From Azolla caroliniana (Eukaryota; Plantae; Polypodiophyta): a DNA stretch of 64,000 nucleotides. A program made the position numbers and the translations under genes. The stretch lies in contig JBHGNT010000010.1 of assembly GCA_043228905.1 (NCBI GenBank), positions 10,230,001 to 10,294,000 of the forward strand, read 5' to 3'. Each line of letters opens with the position of its first letter. Position 1 is the first letter of the stretch. This document shows, piece by piece, positions 51,868 through 64,000 of this stretch. The notes under the pieces are model-generated. The model was given only the letters and a program-made list of their open reading frames with translations, did not search any database and had not been told where the DNA came from.

Positions 51868-53496
51868 TCATGTGGCAGTTAACATATATATATTTCGCAT
51901 ACCAGCATACAATGCACCATTCTTTTCATCTAACCCTAGAGCATTGCGACATGCAACTTTTCCCAGCATCACATGTCCCCATTTTTGACAAGCACCTAGA
52001 AGGGCAGTCCAGACTGGAAAATAATCAGGTATCTTAGGCATTTTGTGAATAATAGTTAGTGCCTTGTCAAAGAAACCTGCACGAGCAAAAAGATCAACCA
52101 TGCAGGTGTAATGCTCTAAAGTTGGCATCAGACCATAAAATGAGCTCATAATATGGAAATACAATTGTCCTGTATCCAATAGACCTGAATGACTGCACGC
52201 ATTCAGTACTATGTTGAATGTGACCTGATTTGGCACTATACCTTTCTCTATCAGTTTATTGAATAAGACGACAACCATATCATGCTCTCCACATTGTCCA
52301 TATCCTGAAATAATTGCATTCCAGCATTCCAAATCTTGGAGCTGTAGCTCGTCAAACACTTTATGTGCCTCCCTAGCATCACCAAGTTTAGCATACATAT
52401 CCACCAATGCAGTACCAACTAAAATATTTTTCTTTAACAAACCTGCTCTCATAACCTCGACATGAATTTCTTTGCCCCTGTCAGCAGCACCGATGCTACC
52501 ACATGCTTTCAACATACAGACAAAAGTGACCACATTTGGTGATATGCTGTCCTGTTGCATTGAATCAAAACAGTCTAAAGCTTTCTCATAGAGCCCATGT
52601 TGGGCATAGCCTCCGATAAGAGCTGTCCACAAGATCACATCACGAGCTGGAATTCGGTCAAATACATCTTGCGCTTTCTCAAGGGAGCCACACTTTACAT
52701 ACATATCCACCAATGCAGTACCAAGAAGACTATTTCTCTTCAGCAATCCATGTCTGAGAATCTTTGCGTGCAATTTCTCCCCCTTGGTAATCGCGCCAAT
52801 AGTACCACAGGCTTTCAATGTGCAGAGGAAGGTAACCGTGTTTGGAGGAACCTGCTCGCATCGCATCTGCCGATAACATCGGAGCGCTTCTTCACTATAT
52901 CCACACTGCACATATCCTGAGATCATGGTATTCCACGAGACAACATCACGGATACAAAGCCCACGAAATATTTGGCATGCTTTTGTGAGATCGCCACATT
53001 TCGCATACATATCCAGCAACGCATTGCCCACCAAGACATTGCCATCAAGCAGCCGTGCCATCTTAACCTCATCGTGTATTTCTTCCCCCTTCTCCTTTGC
53101 ACCAATGCTACCACATGCTTTCAAAGTGGACACATAAGTAACAGCAGTGGGAGGGATGCCCTCCTCTTTCATTTGTTCATAACACCTCAAAGCTTCTTCG
53201 CCATGTCCGTGTTGAGCATACCCTGCGATCAATGCATTCCAAGACACCACCACATGATGATGAGGAGAGAGCTGTGGGTCCAGCACTAGTTGCCGAGCTT
53301 CAGAGAGAGCGCCACACTTTGCATACATACTCACCAAGGAGCTCCTAACATAGGCATTGCTGTTGGCAAGGCGGCAGCCCAGAGGAGAGGCCAGGAGGGA
53401 TGAATGGATCCTCCTCCCTCTCTCCAGGTCTCCACGCTTGCTACAGGCCTTCAGCAACGCTACCAGTGCAGGGACGGAAGGAGGATCCTTAGTCAT
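51868..53496 (-). CDS. PLS-class pentatricopeptide repeat protein with C-terminal E domain (organellar RNA-editing factor type)
   Basis: 542-aa ORF with repeated P/L/S motifs (VVSWNALIAGYAQHG, VTFLCTLKACG, VGNALLDMYAKCG), EHYTCMVDLFARAG and E-like VWTALLGAC; no DYW. 5' end uncertain. Confidence 0.93.
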   Translation of the reverse strand: MTKDPPSVPALVALLKACSKRGDLERGRRIHSSLLASPLGCRLANSNAYVRSSLVSMYAKCGALSEARQLVLDPQLSPHHHVVVSWNALIAGYAQHGHGEEALRCYEQMKEEGIPPTAVTYVSTLKACGSIGAKEKGEEIHDEVKMARLLDGNVLVGNALLDMYAKCGDLTKACQIFRGLCIRDVVSWNTMISGYVQCGYSEEALRCYRQMRCEQVPPNTVTFLCTLKACGTIGAITKGEKLHAKILRHGLLKRNSLLGTALVDMYVKCGSLEKAQDVFDRIPARDVILWTALIGGYAQHGLYEKALDCFDSMQQDSISPNVVTFVCMLKACGSIGAADRGKEIHVEVMRAGLLKKNILVGTALVDMYAKLGDAREAHKVFDELQLQDLECWNAIISGYGQCGEHDMVVVLFNKLIEKGIVPNQVTFNIVLNACSHSGLLDTGQLYFHIMSSFYGLMPTLEHYTCMVDLFARAGFFDKALTIIHKMPKIPDYFPVWTALLGACQKWGHVMLGKVACRNALGLDEKNGALYAGMRNIYMLTAT

Positions 53497-55391
53497 TAAC
53501 TCGATTCACGCATGCCATAGAATGATTCTAACCAGAGTAAAAGGAAATAAATCCCATGAAATTGAATGGATGGATGGATGGATGCCTTCTTTTTTATGTG
53601 ATGATTCACAATCTGCTCTGCTCGCAGGAAATACTGTTGAGTTAGAAATCTTGATAGCATCGTTTACCATATCCAAACAATTGATAAATCTCAAGTCACC
53701 ACTCAAGCAGACTAATAATGAGAAACATTGATAAGAGATTAACGAAAATAATGGATTAACGGTGCTTAATCACACCAACCATTCCCGAGTGAATGACAGA
53801 GACAACAATAAAAATAGCATATAATAAATATGAGTGAATTACACATAAAATACTTGTAGAATATATTACCTTCCGTTATGCCTTGGTAGTTGAATAATGG
53901 ATCTAAAGAGGAGGGCTTAGCCTCGCCAATAGAGTGTCACTAAGATGTCCTAATGAATGAATATACCCTTTATATAGCCCAACACCTAAGGCTCCTAGAG
54001 ACCACTAGATTTTCCAACTTCCCACATGTCATAGGTTTGTCTCTATGGGTTTGTCCCAAGTACTCGGATAAATAATTGTTTCCCACTTCTTCTACCCTTA
54101 ACACAATTAAAATTAGTTGTAAATGCAGTTCCTAATATTCTTGAGAAGTTACGCGCGCATACGTATGCTACTTGAGCTGGACCACCAGGAACTCGAAGGC
54201 TCATTAGAGTCAAATGTTTGTCAGAATTGAAAGATCATTTGACTCAAAGGCTCTATAGAGTTGCAAGATCGTCGGAGTCAAAGGTAAGTCGTAGTCGAAG
54301 ACTCTACAAAGTCGAAGGTAGGTCAGAGACAAATGTTATGTAGAGTCGAAGATAGGTCGGAATCAAAGATTCTTCAGAGTCGACGGTAGCGATGATCTGA
54401 ACAACGAATTATATGTAAGATTAGGATTGAGTCACTTCATTAACCCAAAGATCATGAATTAAGAACAAAGTTTACAATATTAAGTCCGAAATTGCTAGAT
54501 TAAGAAAGAAATTCCCTTTATAAAATAAGGATTGCAAGTTTTTGGGGATTTTTATTACAATGATAGTAACTTTTAGATATTAAACATGAGCTAAAAACCC
54601 TAAATTTCATAAAGAAGAAAAAAATTTAAACCTTAAAGCAATAAGTATGTTGAGGAGAGGAAGAAGAAAATGAAGAATAAAATAATAAACTGAACAAATT
54701 TGTTGAAGAGTGAAGTTTAAGGTGGAGATCCTCGAGTTTCGATGCAATGTTCTAGCAATCGACGACCACGTTGCCTCTTGTCAATGCTAGTATTACATGC
54801 CCTCTTTATTCATTACCCTAGCTTCTTCGCTTCTCAATCCGACAAAGCTTCCATGTCTCTCTCTTTCCCCTCTTCACCCTTTTATTGCATGAAAGAGCTC
54901 TTCCTTGCATAAAGTTAGTGAGTGATTTTTTATTTTACCGTCCACACTTTTTGTGTTAATCAAGGTTGTGTGGTGGGTACACATTGTTTGTGCATAGGGC
55001 TCTCTTTGAAGTGCAATTTCTTAGGTGTGGTTCCACGCAACGTCTTCTTTGAGAGAAAAATAATAACATGGAGCTGAAGTTTGTGACTTCTTCAGGAGCG
55101 AATTCGTGTGCTTAATTTTACTTCATCTTTTTTATGTTGGACAACCATGCGACTTGCTGGTAGCACCATTTTTTGTGAGGAGTCTTGGTGGACTCCTAGC
55201 CTAATCGATCGGTTGGGGGTTGTGTGCCCATTTCCCGAACTTTCCTACAATCTGTTGCACACTTGTTGGCCTTTAGAGTATAATCTGGAGGAGTAGTGTG
55301 GATAGGGAAGAGTTGGGTCGGGTGTGTTATTCCTTAGGGCCAGACAATGGCCTAACACAGGGTGTCTCCGGAAGACACTTCACCAAAGGGG

Positions 55392-55793
55392 TGTTACGGC
55401 GAGATAACTTAAGACACAACGATTAATTGGACTTAATTGGCTACTTAGCAATAAGGTATACACTTAATACATGCGTAAGATATAACAATTAATACAGAAC
55501 AGTAATCAATACGTGAAGATAAAACAAGAAGCTTATATTAATTCTTTGTTAAAGTTATACATTGTAACCGGGCCTTTATATAGGTCATCGGTGCTGCTTA
55601 CAAAAATTGTGCCAACCGGCACTTGTTCGGAACCGGTCCGGATCCGGATTGGCATACTGATCCCGGTCCGTCCGTTCACTACATAATTATAATCTACTTT
55701 ACTTAATTAAAATATATTCCGAATAACCATCCCTTTCACATTCTGGTCTCTGCACCTTTGCCGGCCGGGTAACATATGGCACGCCCGTGGGAC
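55392..55793 (+). mobile_element. LTR followed by a tRNA-Arg-type PBS (Tat/Ogre-like gypsy)
   Basis: TGTTAC...GTAACA (ends 55774), then TA and TGGCACGCCCGTGGGAC (55777-55793). LTR start could alternatively be 55325; partner LTR not in window. Confidence 0.55.
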
Positions 55794-55828
55794 AGTACCT
55801 TGTACGTCAAATCCCACTATCCGACCCC

Positions 55829-57803
55829 TTAGCCTTCGTCCAAGATATCCAGAATACTCTGCTCCAGGGTATCCAATGGTTGTTCGGAACTCTGTTGTTG
55901 TGGCTGTTGTTGTTGTTGTGGTTGCGGCTCCTCTGATTGTTGCACATGAGAGGGCGTCTGTTCGGCTCCCACTACCGGCGGTTGTGGTGGTGATTCCTCC
56001 GTTAGCTGCTCCGCCGGATTTGACTCCGGTTGACTCGCCCCAGCCTTGTCTCCGTCCAGTCCTTGCTCCGGTGATGGCTCCTCATCGGTGAGGTTGACGG
56101 TCGTCACTTGCTTTGCTTCTTCTCTCCGTAGCCTAGTCCGCTCATAGCTCTCAAACTGGATTTGATCATCCAGTCGATCATCATCTAGCTGTGCTACAAG
56201 TTGCCGGACCACTACTAACTGCTCCTCCACCAGAGTTACAAAATCTTCGGCTAACTCATCTCTTACAGCAGTGAAGTCCTCCTTCGTTAGCATGTAGCAG
56301 TTGTCGCCCTCCTTCTGCCGGTTTTCCGCGTCCGCCCGTAACAACTGGAGCTCGGCTATGTGCTTTGCCCATTTGTCCTACCATTGCGCGGAGCTCTCGT
56401 CAATCAAGTGTTTGGTCTTGTTTCTCCATGCTTGGACAATGAACTGGATCCGCTCCAATCCCATCTTCGATTTTTCCTCCACGGCTTGTTGTTCGTCCTT
56501 CAACTGCTTGATCAGTGCAACCGTATCCACCTCCTGCTCCCGGTAATGTGACAATTGGATTTGATAGGTGTTCTGCAGCCTTTGCAAGACCATCGTCGCT
56601 CTTTCCTTCTCTTCATAATGCTGCTTATGCAGCTCCATCTGTTCTTGCACGGCTTCCTCCAGCAGCGTGGTTCTTTCAACCTGTTCCTCCGCCAACGCTG
56701 TCTCAACTCTATGCACCTCCTACCAAAGCTCTGCCATCTTCTCCTGCTGTTTCTTATGCTCCGTATTCAGGTGCTTGTAGTCCCGGTGCAGGTGCTCAAA
56801 ATCATCGGTCTTCTGCTTCAGCTTTTGGTTGAGTTGCCGACGAGCGCGGTCTTCCCGGTCCTTCTGCTGACGGAGTTCTTCTTTTAGCCTTTCGATCTCT
56901 ATTTCTGCCATCCATCGCAACTTCTCCTTTTCTTGCAACACCTTCTCTTTCTCCTCCTTCAGCCGGTCATAGGCCTGATATCCTTTCCGCAGATTCTCTT
57001 CTGCCTGGCGGAGGTTCTCAACAGTCTTTGCTTGCTCTTCTTCTGCCGCTTTCTTCAAGTCCCGCTCTCGGGTGTGTAATGCTTCCTGTGCGGCCAGTTC
57101 ATCTCTTAATTCAGCAAGCTCTTTTGCTTGCGCCGCCACTATCTCCGGGACTGTTTCCGTCTCCGGGGTCTTATTGCTATGTACAGGTGCCAGTGCTTCT
57201 TTATTTTGTACATCTACCGGAGTCACCGGTGCTTGGAGCTGTGGTCCGTTAAGGCTATTTTGGCTAATTCTTCTGTGGCCAGGTCCAAGTCTTGTTCTAG
57301 GCTCCGGATCCTTGACCGGGCCATCTCTAGTTCTCCGGTTGTGACGAGCAACCGGTCCATTTGCACTTTCTCTTCCCCCTCTATGTAGTGTACCACTTTG
57401 GCAATCTATTCTTCAATCCACCGGAGCCATTGGCTGCCGGTACCCTGTTGTTGCGTCTGCCCGGAGGGTTGGCTATTGGTGTCGCTGGCCAGTGGTCGGT
57501 TTTGTCTAGTTGCGTCGAGCTGCAACTCTGGCTCTTGTTGGTGACCACTTTGCCGTTCTGGTTGCGGCTCCGTTGGCCGCTCCGCCTCTGAATGCTCTTG
57601 GCCTGCTGGTGGGGTCGGCAACTGTACTCCTGGCGCTTGCATTTCGGGTCTTGCCGTATCCTGACCCATCGGTAGAGGTTGTTGTGGAGGGAGCTCTGTG
57701 ACCGGTTCTGTCCGAACCGGTTCCGGTTCCATCCTTGGTGCGGGCTGCTCAGGCCGGGGTACAGGCGTGTCATCCTTCTTTGGGTCCGAACGCTCCCTGG
57801 CAT
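55829..57803 (-). pseudogene. Long coiled-coil, E/Q/P-rich retrotransposon extra ORF, disrupted
   Basis: ORFs 55829-56344, 56378-56716 and 56720-57226 share one frame, separated by single TAG codons; Q/P-rich segment 57406-57732 upstream in another frame. Confidence 0.6.
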
Positions 57804-57986
57804 GTTCGGAGGTGCTTGCCTTTTGGCGCCGCTGGAGGTGCTCTGACGATTCCTCCTCCGCTTCCTCCTCCTAAGTCCTGATGTTGATTTTCGCTACCAA
57901 GGGGTCCGGTGCTTGTTGAACCGGTCGACTAAGCTTGATCTTGATTGGCCGTACCGGTGGCTCCTCTTGCGTTTCCGCTTGCCGTT

Positions 57987-58575
57987 TGTTGAGAGACAAG
58001 CTCAACATCAGCCGGATCGGCTGAAGAAGCCGAGGACCGGATCGGTTGGGACCGATCGGTTAGGCCGAATGCGTAAACCGATACGCGGACCGGTGCGTAG
58101 GTAGGGCCGTATCGGTGCGTAAACCGGGAGGCCGCTAGGAAAGATATTCCGTGAGGAATATATTTGGGAGTTAGTGTAGGAGCTCTTAATGAGCATTGAA
58201 GTACTGTCAGTACTTCGGTCAGTCCTTCCAGGACATGTATAAAAGTGTTCATTGAACACACATATGTATAGAGCGGTGAATAGAGATTGAGTATCTTTTT
58301 GTTGAATATAGTTCTTGTGTTTTCTCTCTCTCACTCCCCCTGTCTCTCCCGCGTATACTGCGTAAGCTCAAGCTCTCCATTAAACCTGAGTTTTCTTCCT
58401 TCTGTTCGGTCTTCATACTTGCTTCCCCAGCTACTTTTCACATGGTATCAGAGCGCGAGGGTTGAGAACCTCTCTACAGCCGACACAGGTTGACGAAGAA
58501 GAACAAGAAGAACGATGGATAGAGGCATGGCGAGCTCACTTCCAACAGAGAAGCTAGACAGAACCAACTACGCGT
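57987..58575 (+). mobile_element. 5' LTR, PBS and gag start of another A-family Copia, interrupted at 58576
   Basis: LTR 57987-58442 (TGTTGAGAGACAAGCTCAAC...TTTTCACA); PBS TGGTATCAGAGC at 58443; gag start MASSLPTEKLDRTNYA, homologous to ~40982. Confidence 0.88.
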
Positions 58576-61500
58576 TGTCGTGAAGAAAATCGTCCCTTAG
58601 CGCAATCGGTGAATAGCGCGCGTGAACCGGCTCTTCACGCGTGCGCGCCCTTTAATGTATATAATAGAGAATTAGGTACAAAGGTATATCCTAGGTAGTT
58701 AGATTCGGTAGGTAGGAAGTTAATGAGGGAAACGGCTCCCTTCTTGAAGCTATAAAAGAGAGGGAGACGCAACGTGAAAGGGATATATTATTATTGGAGG
58801 AGGACGAAGTGTTGTCGGACCGAAACCGAACGCTTCTCCTCTGTTCGTTCTCCATCGCTCTTCTCTGCAGGTTTTCGGGAGGCTCGCGCTGCTTCGAGGA
58901 ACGCCCGTGTGCTTCCGGCAGCACCTCCATCCTATCCCCTTTCGTGCGCAGACGAGCAGGCTTCGGCATCTGTTCGCCGGCCTGTTCGGTTGTAACCGCT
59001 CGCGTGCTCTGTTGTTTATTTATCATTCGTTAATATACAAACATTCGTGTCTCTCTGTCTCTGTGTCCATTCGTGTCTTCCGCGTTAACGGGCCATTTCC
59101 TTGTGTTTCTTTGCTCATACGTAACCGGGCGTCTCTCTCTTTCTCTTTCCCCTTCTATCACCTGCTCTTCGGTTCAAGACCCCGGTGGTCCCGCCTCGTT
59201 TCTCCACGCACGCGCGTAGTAACGCGACATCTTTGGTGAACCCGACGTGAACAAGGCGACAGAGGAGCAGAAGATGAGGGGGTCGGATCTTGCAGATGCC
59301 GTGGCTTCGGCCGTGGACCGGATAGTGAGCGCGCGCGAGGGCACCAACGCCCTTGACAGGGCTATTGAGGCGATCATTGATACGATCGGCCGGTTCAGTG
59401 GAAAGGATACCACGAGTTATTTGGCGTCCTACTGGGCGGAGATGTTGATGAGGGATATTCCGGAAGAGAGGCGTCTTGCCGGATTCCCTCGAGTAGCGAT
59501 GCCGGGCATCCATGCGGAGGTGCTCGAGGTCCGGGCGGAGAGCCGGACCTGGGAGGAGTTCGAAGGACAGCTCCTGGAGAAATACGGGTTGGATGACGCG
59601 CTTCGACTTTCGAAGCGGGGCTTCATGGAGTGGGTGGAGTCCCCCAACAAAGGAAGAAATGCGTCGGTACTCCTCCGGGAGTTTGAGGAACGCTTTGCGC
59701 GCCTTTCGGCGCTCGATCGGACCGTTCTTGACACAAGTCGTGTCCTACTGTTTGTCAAAACGGTTGACGCACGGGATCGGGAGCAAGTGGGCTCCTTACT
59801 GGAAACCGAAGACGGGCTGACGGCCGACTGGGCCGCGATAAAAAGAGTCTGCGGCCGTTTTGACAAACGGTGGGAGTGGGCTGATACAGGGGCGGGTCCT
59901 GTCGCAGCAAGGAAGCTCGAACCAATACCTCAGACGCGAAGGGAAGAGACCCGGGAGTGGCTCGAAACTAGTTCGGCTTCGACTGGCGTGGTCAGAGGCT
60001 CGTTCAGGGGAACAGCTTTGGAGGAGTTGACACGGGCGGTAAAGGATCTCCAGATCGCCCAGGCTCGGAGGGAAAGCGACGAACAGGCTCGTGACCGATG
60101 GCCTCCGGCAGGAAATAGGTGCATGTGGTGCGACGAGGTCGGCTACATCTGGAAAGACTGCGGGGACTTTGCGGAGGCTTTGAGAAGCCGGGTAGTGTAT
60201 CTTTGGGAAGGTCGGATGCACGCCAGCGATACCTGGAGGGCCCTAAACCGAAACGACGGGCGAGGAGGAATGAAAAGGCTGATGGAAGAGGCGGCGGCCC
60301 GGCACGCGGAGACCGTCCACTACTCGGCGTCAGCCGGTATTCGGGTCGGAGGCAGCGAGGCCCGGAAGGAGAACAAAGTCGGGTTCTGGCCGACGATGCT
60401 GGAAGGCCTCGCCAATGCCCGACTAAGGAAAGACGAGGCGGACCGCGCGGAGAAGCGGGTCCAGGAGGTAACCGGGTGGAGTGACCCGGTCGAAGAAAAG
60501 ACGGGTTTCGTCGAAGCAGCTTGCTAGAACTACGAGGCGATGGTTGAAGACAAACGGGTAGGTAAAACCCGAAGGGCCGGACCATCACAAAGATACGAAA
60601 CCCGATTCGGGCCGAAACAGAACAAGGCCGGTGAGACCAGTGCCCGGGATAACCACAAGAAGGGCGGATACATGTTGGGCACGGAGATCGAAAGGACCAC
60701 GGACCTACGAAAGGTCCTGGAAGAACGAATCCTCGACAGCAAGGTGGAACTGTCGTTGCGGGAGGTGCTCGGAATCGCCAAGAAGGAGTTCCACGACTCC
60801 ATCGTAGACTTGGTGAAGAGGAAGAGGCTGTCGACGGAGACAGAACCGGAAAGGCCGGTGGAGGTGCGGACGATGCACATAGAGGACATGGCGCTGGAAG
60901 ACGAGTGGGCGGAGAGCCACTATTCGAGGCCACACTGGGCCCGAGTGACCACGGAAACCTTGGTGAAGATCGGGGATGTTTAGGAACTGGTGGTGGCGCT
61001 GGTGGACCACGGTTCGGAAATAAACCTGATGTCCATGGACTTCTACTAGAAGGAGAAATGGCCGGTCAACACCAAGCACGGGTGGAAGATACGGGCGGCG
61101 ACGCACGCCACCGAGGAACTACACGGGGCCTGCCCAAACGTGCGAGTCAAGATCGGCGACGTCGAGATAGACCAACACTTCTTTGTGCAGGAGACGTCCT
61201 CGCACCCGGTCATACTGGGAGAACCGTACATTACGGCAGCACGGATGGAGACCAAGGTGTTGGACAACAGGTCGGCTTATGCGAGGGTCAAGAGTCAGGA
61301 CGGGCGTCATTCGGTCCAGTTCCTGACGGTGCGATCGAACCACGAGCGAAACCGAGAGTCCCTCGGTGGCGAGAACCGAGAGGATTTTTAGAGAGGGCTG
61401 TCAAGGCGTGGGGCCGCGATAGTCCGGACACTCCGGGAAAACCCCACAAATGTACGATAGAGGCGAAACTGAAGAAATCTTGTACCATAAGTAGGAAGTT

Positions 61501-64000
61501 TTGTTTCTCCGACAACGGAGGGTGTACGATAGTTGGCGTTGTTGGCCGAGAAAAGACAAGGGCGGAAGAGCGACTTCGGGCATGCAGAGTTCTCGAGCCC
61601 AACGAGGAAATCAACAGAGCCGTGGAGGCGGTCTCCTTCGACGGTACCTTGGGAATACTGCGAGAGGTGGTCGGAGAGGGCCTTAAAGAGGACCAGACGA
61701 TACCGGTTTGTTCAGAAGAGACGTACGAAGTCATCGCGGATTTCAATCGAGGGCTCGAGTCGGATCGGACGGCCCGGGTTAACACGAAGTACAAGACTGT
61801 GGACCGGAAGGTAAGGCCAGTCGCGGCACCCTTACCGGAGGGCAGCGAGTTGCGAATCAAGGGGTTCGCGTCGGACCCCAGTTTACGAGATCCGGCCTGC
61901 ATAGGACACACCTTCACCGACAGAACGCTACGGGAGCTCAAAATCAGTGGGGTGGGTTCCTACTATCGGCGGAAGAAGACCGGTTTCGGAGAGTGCTCGG
62001 AAGGCACGGGAAAGCCTTCGCATTCTCACCGGAAGAGATCGGGTGCGTAGACCCGACAGTCGTGAAGCCGATGGTGATATTCACGGTACCGCATGTGCCG
62101 TGGAATCTCAAACCAATTCCGGTACCGAGAGCTCACATCCCGGAGCTGATGGAGCTGTTGAGGCAGAAAGTCAATATGGGCATCCTCGAACCGTCGAGTG
62201 CCCCGTACTCGAACCGGTGGTTTACCGTACCGAAGAAGAACGGGACGTTGCGCTTCATTCAAGACCTGCAACCGGTCAACAGAGTGACCATTCGGAACGC
62301 AGGAATCGGACCAACGATAGACGAGTTCGCGGAGGCCTTCGCCGGAAGGTCGATCTACTCGGTCGGTGATCTGTACTCGGGGTACGATCAGTTCCAACTA
62401 GCCGTAGAGAGCAGAGACATTACGACGATGCGGACTCCTCTCGGCCTAGTGCAGATGTGTACCCTGCCACAAGGAGGGACGAACTCGGTGGCCCACATGG
62501 TGAATGCGATGAACAAGGTGCTGAGGGATTGTATCCCGGACATCACCATGCCATTCTTGGATGACATCCCGATCAAGGGATGTCCGGTGGAGGAAAAGGA
62601 TGAAACGATCGGACCAGACGGATGCCGGAAATTCATGGTGACACACATTGACGATTGCGAGAGGGTGCTGCAGAGGCTAGAGGACGCGAGGCTCACCTTC
62701 TCCGGGGAGAAATCGGCCTTCGGGCAATCAGAGATCATGGTCGTCGGACATCTATGCGGACCGTATGGCCGGAAACCGTCTCCGGCTAAGGTGGAAGCCA
62801 TCTCCGCAATGAAGCCCGACTGTAACTCAGTCACGGAGGTACGGAGGTTCTTGGGAGCATGCGTGTTCTACCACATATGGATCTCGCATTACGCCCACGT
62901 TGCCGAGCCGCTATACGGGTTGCTAAAAAAGGGGTGAAAATTCGAATGGCGAGACGAGCATACGGAGTCGGTCCGAAAGATGAAGGAGGCTCTTGCTGCA
63001 GCTCCGGCACTCCGGAAGGCTGTCTACGAGAAAGGCACTCCCATCTACATAACGGTAGATACAAGTCCGACCGGGATTGGATGGGTCGTCAACCAAGAAG
63101 ATGAGGACGGCATTCGGTTCCCAATCCGGTTCGGCGCGAAGGTCCTCAGCGAGCGACAGCGAGGATACGCCCAGGTTAAACGCGAACTCTGGGGTATCGT
63201 TTCGGCGGTGAAGGCCGACAAAGACTATCTAATCGGTACAGAGGTGATTATCGAGACGGACTGCCTGCTGATTCTCGGCATGGTTTTCGGATGCGCAACC
63301 CTGAACCTGGCAATGCTCAGGTGGATAGTGTACATCAAGTCCCTGGATCCGGAAATACGACACATTTCCGGGAAAGACAATGCCATGGCCGACATGCTTT
63401 CGAGGGCGCGATTCGACGACGAGGGCGGCATGGTTTCGGAGGACAAGGAACTCGGTGTGGACTTCTTCGAGGCGACTTACGTAATAATCGAGGGAGGGAG
63501 CACTCCGACACTTAACGATTTCAACGAGAGCAAGTACGACGGGGAGTGGCTGCAGATTGGGAGATTCTTGAGGACGATGACGCCGGACGCGTCATGGACA
63601 AAGAACGAGGCCAACCGGATCCGGAAGAAAGCATACCGATTCTTTCTCCGGGACGGATACTTGTGGAAGCACCCGAAGAAGAGAAATGGCATCCCGCTCC
63701 GAGTAGTGGCGATGGAGGAGGAACAGGAGGAGTTGCTGAAGGCCTACCACGACAGCCCCTGGGCTGGACACCGTGGGACGTGGGCCATGTTCGAGAAACT
63801 AAAGGGGAAGTACTGGTGGCCGGGACTGTACCGGGACGTGCATCGGTTCGTGACAACTTGTGAGAGCTGTCAGATACACTCCATAGTCCGACATCGGGAC
63901 GAGCTTCACCCTACATACCCTCCGGCCATCCACTTCAAATGGATGGTAGATTTGGTGACGATGCCGATGGGCGTAGGGCAGATGCGATATCTGGTGCTGG
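58576..64000 (+). mobile_element. Non-chromovirus Ty3/gypsy with tRNA-Trp PBS, running off the window
   Basis: LTR 58576-59229 (TGTCG...CGACA); PBS TGGTGAACCCGACGTGAA at 59234; gag 59247-60527; protease ALVDHGSEINL; RT DLYSGYDQF/PFLDDIPIKG; RNase H; integrase HHCC start; a few stops and frameshifts. Confidence 0.92.

Noticed and set aside
53506-53706. In-frame ORF upstream of the PPR gene as an N-terminal extension
   Set aside because: Separated by a TGA and has no PPR similarity; splicing cannot be established from sequence alone.
54180-54390. Degenerate GAGTCGAAG/GAGTCAAAG repeats
   Set aside because: Too decayed to define a unit or origin; likely an old TE remnant.
59115-63863. Many overlapping antisense and alternate-frame ORFs
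   Set aside because: Shadow ORFs of GC-rich gypsy gag-pol with no recognisable motifs.

Overview
Plant nuclear DNA, most likely from a seed-free land plant such as a fern (inferred from the Tcn1-like chromoviruses, a tRNA-Trp-primed gypsy element and the PLS-class PPR gene). About 85% is nested transposons whose ends can be resolved by LTR pairs and target-site duplications (TSDs). The only clear host gene is a PPR gene (51868-53496, minus strand). The main feature is an ~11.9-kb DNA transposon (17723-29608) with 25-bp GGG...CCC TIRs and a TATA TSD, inserted in a Copia LTR. It encodes a spliced Sola2-type DDD transposase and, on the opposite strand, a six-exon RING-finger/coiled-coil gene plus an FCP1/NIF-like phosphatase ORF with altered catalytic motifs. 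Two of its introns are filled by ~1.4-1.8-kb arrays of the 14-bp palindrome TAGCTAATTAGCTA, which also flanks both TIRs. A third intron holds telomere-like repeats, and an 81-83-bp tandem array lies upstream of the transposase. Also notable: self-priming signals in the chromoviruses, including a fossil fold-back junction; a candidate -1 frameshift pseudoknot after the protease of a gypsy element; a very young intact Copia; and a microsatellite-associated LINE family. All calls come from reading the sequence by eye; no database searches were run.
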